From: Geotalea uraniireducens Rf4
GTDB taxonomy: Bacteria > Desulfobacterota > Desulfuromonadia > Geobacterales > Geobacteraceae
DNA length: 32,000 bases
Reading direction: 5' to 3'
Assembly: GCF_000016745.1 (NCBI RefSeq)
Contig: NC_009483.1
Location: 1,530,001 to 1,562,000, forward strand
The position numbers and the translations under genes are program-made. This document shows, one piece after another, positions 19,585 through 26,152 of the stretch. The notes beneath the pieces were generated by a model. That model searched no databases. It was not told the origin of the DNA and worked only from the letters and a program-made list of their open reading frames with translations. The stretch's first letter is position 1. Each line of letters starts with the position of its first letter.

Positions 19585-20993
19585 GCGAGAATCTTTATCC
19601 GCCCTTTGGTATTCTGCTTGTCGATGATGAGCCGGCATGGATACTTAGCCTCTCTGTCAGCCTTGAACGCTGCGCCGGCATAACCAACATAATTACATGC
19701 ACGGATAGCCGCGAAGTTATAAAGACGATCGAGCGTCAGGAAATCGGACTCGTCATTCTCGACCTCGTCATGCCTCATCTGGGTGGAGAAGAGGTCCTGG
19801 CATTGATCCGCGAACAACATCCCGAGATCACAACCATTGTTATCAGTGGGATGAATCAGCTTGAAACCGCGGTCCGCTGCATGAAGATGGGGGCGTTCGA
19901 CTACTACGTCAAAACAGACGATGAAGACCGGCTGATCAATGGCGTCATGCGTGCGATAAGTATGATCGAACTTAAGCGGGAAAACCGGGAGATGTCCAAC
20001 CGTATTCTCGATGGCAGCCTGAAACATCCGAAAGCTTTTGCCGGCATTGTTACCACCAATCGTGCCATGCATGCCATCTTCGCATACATCGAGGCGGTAG
20101 CCCAAAGCCCCCAGCCTCTCCTGATCAGCGGCGAAAGCGGCGTGGGAAAGGAGCAGATAGCCCAGGCAGCCCACGTTCTGAGTGGTTGCCGGGGGCCTCT
20201 TGTTGCGGTGAACGTTGCCGGACTGGATGATTCTGTGTTTGCCGACACCCTGTTCGGTCATGTACGCGGGGCATTTACGGGGGCGGAGCAGGCACGACGC
20301 GGCATGGTGGAAGAGGCCGCTGACGGAACCCTCTTTCTCGACGAGATCGGTGATCTCAGCATTCCATCACAGGTAAAACTACTCCGCCTCCTCCAGGAGG
20401 GAGAATACTTCCCCCTCGGCAGCGACCGTCCGAAACGGATTAAAGCGCGTGTTATCGTTGCCACCCACCAGGACCTGGCAGCCAAGCAGTCGGCCGGGAC
20501 GTTTCGCCGCGACCTTTATTACCGGCTCTGTACCCACCATATTCAGGTTCCCCCTCTCAGGGAGCGGCAAGAGGATATTCCCTTGCTACTCGACCATTTT
20601 CTCAAGGAAGCCGCCGGCGCTCTTGGCAAGAAGAAACCTACGCCTCCGAAGGAATTGGTGCAATTGCTCGCAACGTACAAATTTCCCGGGAACGTCCGGG
20701 AGTTAAGGGCCATGGTGTATGATGCGGTCAGCATCCATCGAGACAGAATCCTCTCCATGGAATCATTCCTCAAGGCAATCGACAGGCAGGACGGGCAGCG
20801 GATCGAATTATTATCTCCTCCTCAGCGGCATAATCTTTTTGGCGGAATCGAGCGTCTGCCAACCTTCAGCGAAGCCGCCGATCTATTGGTAACTGAAGCG
20901 ATGTCCCGTGCCAATGGGAACCAGAGCATTGCCGCCCGCCTCCTCGGTATTACCCAGTCGGCACTGTGCAAGCGGCTTAAACGGGTCAAATAA
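19581..20993 (+). CDS. sigma54-dependent response regulator (NtrC family: REC, AAA+ and Fis-type HTH domains)
   Basis: The ATG overlaps the kinase stop (ATGA). REC domain with LVILDLVMP, Walker A GESGVGKE, sigma54-contact GAFTGA, Walker B TLFLDEIG, C-terminal HTH GNQSIAARLLGITQSALCKRLKR. Confidence 0.92.
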   Translation: MSENLYPPFGILLVDDEPAWILSLSVSLERCAGITNIITCTDSREVIKTIERQEIGLVILDLVMPHLGGEEVLALIREQHPEITTIVISGMNQLETAVRCMKMGAFDYYVKTDDEDRLINGVMRAISMIELKRENREMSNRILDGSLKHPKAFAGIVTTNRAMHAIFAYIEAVAQSPQPLLISGESGVGKEQIAQAAHVLSGCRGPLVAVNVAGLDDSVFADTLFGHVRGAFTGAEQARRGMVEEAADGTLFLDEIGDLSIPSQVKLLRLLQEGEYFPLGSDRPKRIKARVIVATHQDLAAKQSAGTFRRDLYYRLCTHHIQVPPLRERQEDIPLLLDHFLKEAAGALGKKKPTPPKELVQLLATYKFPGNVRELRAMVYDAVSIHRDRILSMESFLKAIDRQDGQRIELLSPPQRHNLFGGIERLPTFSEAADLLVTEAMSRANGNQSIAARLLGITQSALCKRLKRVK

Positions 20994-21002
20994 CATGGTT
21001 CG

Positions 21003-21043
21003 CAAGGCGTTTTCATGGAGAGCATCGGCATGCGGTGGGTCAC
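21003..21043 (-). other. orphan fragment of ligA (degraded copy of the region encoding [13 protein letters not shown])
   Basis: GAGAGCATCGGCATGCGGTGGGTCAC (21018-21043) is identical to ligA nt 10134-10159 in the same orientation. The flanks remain similar with indels (AAGGCGTTTTCATG versus AAGGCATTTTCCAGT). Confidence 0.7.
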
Positions 21044-22296
21044 TGACTCTTTGCTTTCAATAGCCTGGCTTCCTCTTCGAATAACCCTTGCCATTGTTCG
21101 GCGATGATTTCCCAACGATATGCGGTTTTCCGGCTATTCTCGTAAGCCTTCTGCGCCATCATCTCCCGAAAGTCAGCATCAGCGTACAAGCGTTCCAGAG
21201 CGGAAGCTATGCTTTCGGGTGAGACGATATGGGCTTCGTTGAGAATGCCGGTATTTGTAAGGGTTGTCACCGGCTCGGCCCATTCTGCGGATCCTTGCCA
21301 GAGCTCGATCTGTGAGGTATGCCGGGGCACAATCTGGGCCGCGCAGGTTGCGGCATGCTCAAAGCTGACCAATCCCCAGCCTTCGCCGCTAGCGGTGTTG
21401 ATCCCAACATCGCAGACATTATAAAGCAGGTTCAATCGTTCCGGCGACAGGTCCGGATGGCAGTTTTCGCCGCTCGTCAGAATCAGGCGGTCGGCTATTC
21501 CCAGTGAGTGCGCCAGAATGATGATATTCCAGCCTCGTTCCTCAACCCCCATATGTAGATAGAGTTTGACATTTGCCGGTTTTCCCGCCGCAAAAATGGC
21601 AAACCCTTTCATAGTCAGATCAATTTGTTTCCGTGGCTGGTTGCGATTGGCGTTCAGAACGATAAACGCATCATGCAGTTCCGGTTGTCCCGGGAAGAGA
21701 AGCATGCGTGCCCGCATGCGGCGGGTTTTGCTGTCAAGCTCGTCGCGATCGGGCAGCGGGCGGAATATGTTGCTATCGACACCATGGGGAATTACATCCA
21801 GAAGTGGCCGGGCGAACGTGGAGCTTCGTTTTTGGAGGCGCTCCAGCGTAGCCTCGATTTCCTGTCGCGCATACCGGGTATATACCACATAGCGGGAAAC
21901 ACCTTCCAGTTTCTCCATGAGCTCGCATGTGACCGGTCCCGATTCAACCGGTGAGTAGATTACCACGCGGAAGTTCCCCGGGATTTCTCTCAGGACCCCC
22001 ATGTACCGGGTTTGATATGAGATATCCGACAGTATGAAGACTATGGCCGGCTGCAACTGGGCAATCAGTGCCGGGAGTCGCCCGAACCCATACGGATCTC
22101 CTCCGATGTGCGCCGGGTAAAGCCTCCATGGATAATCGTGCGGATCACCATTATAGCGAAGCGCAAGATGATTAATTGTGAGACGTGATTGAAGGTGTGA
22201 AAAGATGCTGCGGAGCACCCGCGAATAACCCGTTGGAGCCGTTGCCTCGCCAACAATGAGAACCGGGATTTTATCGCACTGATTCCTGGATGCCAT
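21040..22296 (-). CDS. glycosyltransferase, GT4 (group 1) family
   Basis: 418 aa with a GT-B layout. C-terminal-domain EX7E-type motif TASGEGWGLVSFEHAA. Confidence 0.82.
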   Translation of the reverse strand: MASRNQCDKIPVLIVGEATAPTGYSRVLRSIFSHLQSRLTINHLALRYNGDPHDYPWRLYPAHIGGDPYGFGRLPALIAQLQPAIVFILSDISYQTRYMGVLREIPGNFRVVIYSPVESGPVTCELMEKLEGVSRYVVYTRYARQEIEATLERLQKRSSTFARPLLDVIPHGVDSNIFRPLPDRDELDSKTRRMRARMLLFPGQPELHDAFIVLNANRNQPRKQIDLTMKGFAIFAAGKPANVKLYLHMGVEERGWNIIILAHSLGIADRLILTSGENCHPDLSPERLNLLYNVCDVGINTASGEGWGLVSFEHAATCAAQIVPRHTSQIELWQGSAEWAEPVTTLTNTGILNEAHIVSPESIASALERLYADADFREMMAQKAYENSRKTAYRWEIIAEQWQGLFEEEARLLKAKSQ

Positions 22297-22423
22297 ATCA
22301 TTTCCTTCTAAGCTGCCAGATGGTTTTTCCCATGGCGGGAAACCATATGTGACATATCGGGTTCGAACAGGCTAGCTGTTATCGACAATTACATAAGAGT
22401 CTCGGCCGTTACTTTTACTCGCC

Positions 22424-22663
22424 TCAGAGTTCAACACTGGTAGCAACCGTGATGATAGCCCCGGGATCGACATTTTTGAATTCAAAGTAATTCTCATTAC
22501 TTTGGCCTGGAACTACCGGAGAAATCGAGACCGAAAAAACACCCCACTTTTCTTCATAAGGGATATAGGTGTTGTCGCCAGGCAAGATGGTGCCGCAATC
22601 ACCGATTCCTGGTGCTTGCGTACCGTAATACAGTGAACTATTTGTCTTGTTGACTATATTCAT
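22424..22663 (-). CDS. 79-aa hypothetical protein (no signal peptide, beta-rich), probably co-transcribed with the GT4 gene
   Basis: SD GAGGAGG lies 6 nt before the ATG at 22663 (MNIVNKTNSSLYYGTQAPGIGDCGTILPG...). The longer track ORF starting at 22723 has no SD. Confidence 0.5.
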   Translation of the reverse strand: MNIVNKTNSSLYYGTQAPGIGDCGTILPGDNTYIPYEEKWGVFSVSISPVVPGQSNENYFEFKNVDPGAIITVATSVEL

Positions 22664-22760
22664 GGTTACCTCCTCATCTTTTATGAAACGGTTGATGGAT
22701 AGCCGTGCATCAAGCGACGGCAAAATGTACCCCTACGACTTTAAAATCTTAAGTATTGCC

Positions 22761-22776
22761 TGCCGATTAACTGCCA
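22761..22776 (-). promoter_or_regulatory. weak candidate sigma54 promoter upstream of the 79-aa gene and GT4 gene
   Basis: The minus strand reads TGGCAGTTAATCGGCA, with GG and GC in the correct 12-nt register. The -24 half is good; the -12 half is CGGCA rather than TTGCA. It lies about 100 nt upstream of the ATG at 22663. Confidence 0.25.
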
Positions 22777-23191
22777 AGCCAGGATTTCCCGCCATGGAAA
22801 ATTTCAGGTATCCGGATCGTCCGGTCGTAAAGTACGTCCGTGACATAACCGGTTACATCATTGAGAATAATTGAAAAAATTGTGCGATAGAATTGAAGAA
22901 AATAAATTATACAAAACTAATCGTAAAAACAAGATAAAAAATAAACAAATCTAAACCACACCCATTGGTAGGGAGGCAAGGCAGACAGGGCAGGAGAAGT
23001 CGGACCAGGCAGTGCCGATATATTTAATTGACATACAGTTTGTGTGTGATAAAAAAGACCTTGTAGGTCTTGTTGCCGACCCGGGGTTTTTCTTAAGATT
23101 TGTTGAATGGAACTCTTGAGTTGCTGCACAGAGGTGTTAACGTTATTGTGCGCTAATGTTTTGGCTTAACTACGACAAAGGAGGACGTACG

Positions 23192-24232
23192 ATGAAGTGG
23201 AAAATTTCGTGTGGCATCATGGTGTTAATGCTTGCGGGAGGCGTTGCCTGGGGAAAGGACGACATAATGAGCCAGGCCCGGGCAATCTTCAAGCCTGTGC
23301 CGGCAAAGCCTCCGGTTCTAAAGGAGAACCCGTCCACTCCGGCCAAAATAGAGCTGGGGAAAATGCTCTTTTTTGACCCGCGACTATCGTCATCAAACCT
23401 GATCAGTTGCAATACCTGCCATAACGTCGGGCTCGGCGGGGTAGACATCCAGGAGACATCCGTCGGTCACGGTTGGCAGAAAGGCCCGCGTAACGCTCCG
23501 ACGGTGTTGAACGCCGTGTTCAACCTTGCCCAGTTCTGGGACGGTAGGGCAAAAGATCTTGAGGCCCAGGCCAAGGGACCGGTTCAGGCATCGGTGGAGA
23601 TGAACAACAAACCGGAGCGGGTGCTGGAAACCCTCAATAGTATTCCAGGCTATCTGCCGCTATTCAAAAAAGCATTTCCCCGCGACAAGGATCCGATAAC
23701 CTTTGACAATATGGCCCGTGCCATCGAGGTGTTCGAGGCTACGCTCATCACGCCGGATTCCCGCTTTGACCGCTTTCTCAAAGGAGACCGGAAAGTGCTT
23801 GCAGCCAAAGAGCAAGAAGGGTTGAGGCTTTTCATGGACAAGGGGTGCTCTGCCTGTCACAACGGTGTCAATATCGGCGGTACCGGATACTTCCCCTTCG
23901 GAGTCAAAGAGAGCCCTGCCGCCGATGTCCGACCCACGGAAGACCTCGGGCGCTTCAAGGTTACCAATACGGCTGCGGACAAATATGTCTTCAAGTCTCC
24001 ATCGCTCCGCAACATTGAACTGACGCCGCCCTACTTCCACTCCGGCAAGGTATGGAAACTGGGCGATGCGGTAGAGATCATGGGGGCTGCGCAGCTCGGC
24101 ATCACTCTCAACGATGATGAAGCCGGTAAAATCGTGGCGTTTCTCAAGACCCTTAACGGCAAGCAGCCGAAAGTCGTTTATCCGATCATGCCGCCCAATT
24201 CCGATGCCACGCCGAAACCAATGCTGCAGTAG
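23192..24232 (+). CDS. ccpA: di-heme cytochrome c peroxidase (CcpA/MacA family)
   Basis: SD AAAGGAGG precedes the ATG at 23192, followed by a signal peptide. Two CXXCH motifs (CNTCH, CSACH). Family blocks LFFDPRLS, GPRNAPTVLNA, FWDGRA and PSLRNIELTPPYFHSG. Confidence 0.92.
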   Translation: MKWKISCGIMVLMLAGGVAWGKDDIMSQARAIFKPVPAKPPVLKENPSTPAKIELGKMLFFDPRLSSSNLISCNTCHNVGLGGVDIQETSVGHGWQKGPRNAPTVLNAVFNLAQFWDGRAKDLEAQAKGPVQASVEMNNKPERVLETLNSIPGYLPLFKKAFPRDKDPITFDNMARAIEVFEATLITPDSRFDRFLKGDRKVLAAKEQEGLRLFMDKGCSACHNGVNIGGTGYFPFGVKESPAADVRPTEDLGRFKVTNTAADKYVFKSPSLRNIELTPPYFHSGKVWKLGDAVEIMGAAQLGITLNDDEAGKIVAFLKTLNGKQPKVVYPIMPPNSDATPKPMLQ

Positions 24233-24239
24233 CTTACCA

Positions 24240-24286
24240 GGGGAAAGGGCCGGCAAATCTTGGCCGGCCCTTTCCCCGTTTGTTTG
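24240..24286 (+). terminator. rho-independent terminator after ccpA
   Basis: 15-bp stem GGGGAAAGGGCCGGC / GCCGGCCCTTTCCCC with an 8-nt loop, followed by GTTTGTTTG. Confidence 0.75.
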
Positions 24287-24322
24287 ATGCAATTCGCGAA
24301 AAGATAAATTCAAAGCAACGGA

Positions 24323-24799
24323 ATGGAAAAGAGACCAATTATGAAAAAGCCAACCGCTAAAACCGTAATGTACGCGGCATTTGCCGTTATCATCATACTG
24401 GCGGCTATCCAGTTCGTTCCTTATGGTCAGAAACGGAGCAATCCGCCAATCATCAGAGAGCCGGCCTGGAGCTCACCGGCAACCAGAGCCCTGGCCAAAC
24501 GGGCATGTTTTGACTGTCATAGCAACGAAACTGCATGGCCATGGTACAGCCGGGTCGCACCGGCCTCATGGCTTATCCATAGGGACGTCAATGGCGGACG
24601 AAGGGTCTTGAATTTTTCTGAATGGTCGGATGGGATGCGGGAAGGGGAGAATCCGAAAAAAATCAGGGAAGAACTGGTTGAAGGAGAAATGCCGCCGATT
24701 CAGTATACTCTTGTTCACGCCGACTCACGGCTGACAAAGGAAGAACGGCAACAATTGGCGGATGGCCTGGACGCAACCGCTGTGCAAGCGAAGCGCTGA
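24323..24799 (+). CDS. heme-binding-domain (Haem_bd, PF14376-like) membrane-anchored protein; an alternative start is at 24341
   Basis: N-terminal TM anchor, then CFDCHSNETAWPWYSRVAPASWLI..D...G...LNFSEW and EMPPIQYTLVH, as I recall for the Haem_bd family. Confidence 0.7.
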   Translation: MEKRPIMKKPTAKTVMYAAFAVIIILAAIQFVPYGQKRSNPPIIREPAWSSPATRALAKRACFDCHSNETAWPWYSRVAPASWLIHRDVNGGRRVLNFSEWSDGMREGENPKKIREELVEGEMPPIQYTLVHADSRLTKEERQQLADGLDATAVQAKR

Positions 24800-24817
24800 A
24801 TTATCATCATTGACACT

Positions 24818-25345
24818 CTAAAATCCTGTTTCGTCAATTCGTAACAGTCTATGACCTTCAAAAACGGATAGTATTTCAATATTACTCTCCGTTAGCCTGT
24901 CAGCGTTGTCCGGTTTGGTTTTTGCTTACGTCCCGTAGGGACAGAATACTGGTAGCCGGGGAATTCATTCCCCGGTCATCCAGGCGAAATATCATCACGT
25001 CACGTACGTGACGTGGGGAAATATAGCATCTCATCCGGGGGATGAATCCCCCGGCTACATTCGAACGCCCCTAATGGGGCTTAACAACCTTGATGCACAA
25101 ACCAAACCGGACAACGCTGTTAGCCTGTAAACAATTCGATATTTCCTGAATATCAACTCTCTTATGTCGGGATTGGCTATTTCAAGTACAGTCCTGCCCA
25201 TCCGAGGATTATCAGGCAAAGAATCTTCGGCATGTTCAATTAGCTGATCGACAAAAACTGCCGTTCTTTCTGGGCTGTCTTTTGAAATAAATTCTTCAAT
25301 TTCGATTAATTGTTCAAGAGCTTCATTTGTCCATTTTATTTTCAT
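24818..25345 (-). pseudogene. ParE/RelE-family type II toxin gene disrupted near its 3' end by a MITE
   Basis: Residues 1-75 (MKIKWTNEALEQL...FRKYRIVYRL) are ParE-like. After codon 75 the present ORF reads into the element (TALSGLVCAS...). Removing 24901-25128 restores ...YRLTESNIEILSVFEGHRLLRIDETGF*, with the stop at 24820-24818, a canonical ParE C-terminus (99 aa). Confidence 0.8.
24901..25119. mobile_element. 219-bp MITE-like non-autonomous element with 21-bp perfect TIRs and a 9-bp target-site duplication
   Basis: TIR-L CAGCGTTGTCCGGTTTGGTTT (24901-24921) is the exact reverse complement of TIR-R (25099-25119). Direct repeats TTAGCCTGT lie at 24892-24900 and 25120-25128. The interior is packed with palindromes (CCGGGGAAT..ATTCCCCGG, CACGTCACGTACGTGACGTG, CCGGGGGAT..ATCCCCCGG) and has no ORF. 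Confidence 0.8.
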
Positions 25346-25351
25346 TCCGGA

Positions 25352-25636
25352 TTATTCCTTGCTTCTTCTTGCAGCTAGAGCCGCTTTGATTTCATCAGTG
25401 TTGTATGTCCTTCCACTTTCGGCATCTGATATTCCTCTGCCAACAGAATCAAGAAAAGATTTTTTGTACACCAAATCGTCATAGTCATCCGGTGACAATA
25501 GTACTCCGGCCGGCTTTCCATTCTGCGTAATAATCAAGGGATGTCCAGATTTCTGAAGACTTTTGAACCACTTGGAGATGCCTGTCTTAAACTCGGCAAT
25601 TGGAATTATATCGTTTTTGATCGAAATGGTTTTCAT
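25352..25636 (-). CDS. Phd/YefM-family type II antitoxin
   Basis: 94 aa. IPIAEFKTGISKWFKSL...HPLIITQNGKPAGVLLSPDDYDDL is the Phd/YefM fold signature. The stop lies 6 nt upstream of the ParE-like toxin start. Confidence 0.87.
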   Translation of the reverse strand: MKTISIKNDIIPIAEFKTGISKWFKSLQKSGHPLIITQNGKPAGVLLSPDDYDDLVYKKSFLDSVGRGISDAESGRTYNTDEIKAALAARRSKE

Positions 25637-25852
25637 GTGATGGCTCCTTATTTGGATTTATTTATAAGCCATAATGTAGACCACTTTAAAGGCCAAAACA
25701 AGTTTAAATATTCCGGATATAGGTTGATACGCAGCGAGGCGAGGCTTGCTTGATAACATCACGGTAACAGATTGGATACAAAATTACTTGACCTACGAAG
25801 ATCATGTATAGTACGATACATAAGAAATAAGCGGCAGAGCTCGCCGTAAATA

Positions 25853-25926
25853 GGCAATAATGCTAAACCTTCCGTGAGGAGGAGCGGAAAGCTACAGGTC
25901 TCCAGGAGACAGGCAGCCCGGTTGCC
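25853..25926 (+). ncRNA. candidate GEMM-I-like (cyclic dinucleotide) riboswitch aptamer in the leader of the multiheme gene; unverified
   Basis: GGCAA(25853-57)/UUGCC(25922-26) closing helix. GCUAAACC, then hairpin CUUCC-GUGA-GGAGG with a GNRA loop, then AGCGGAAAGCU (compare Vc2 GGCAAACC..GAAA..GACGCAAAGCC). 3' block GGCAGCCCGGUUGCCGA (compare Vc2 GGUAGCGGGGUUACCGA). The second helix is shorter than usual. Confidence 0.25.
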
Positions 25927-26152
25927 GAAATATCCCACGTATACAACCTCCACATTTTTTGTGCACAAAATCTGCTGTGCGCACCCACGTAACAAGAAGC
26001 CATTCACAAGCGTTAAAGCATGCAGTGCTCACGACGATCAAGGTATGTTCCGAGCAAACAACGAAAGGAGTCATGACATAACGGCTGGAAAGCAATTTGT
26101 GAGCAAGTAAACGGTCTGATGCAGACCAAACAGAAATCAAAGGAGATTTTAT

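Noticed and set aside
22297-22423. Imperfect inverted repeat ATGGTTTTTCCCA..CGGGAAACCAT between the 79-aa gene and the GT4 gene, considered as a terminator
   Set aside because: The stem is interrupted and no U tract follows on the transcribed minus strand. Co-transcription of the two genes remains the simpler reading.
25759-26140. Three overlapping ORFs of 78-82 aa (25759-26007 on the minus strand, 25874-26110 on the plus strand, 25892-26140 on the minus strand) in the leader of the cytochrome gene
   Set aside because: They are mutually overlapping, lack an RBS, and have Cys/Arg-rich nonsense-like translations. The region is better explained as a long regulatory 5' leader.
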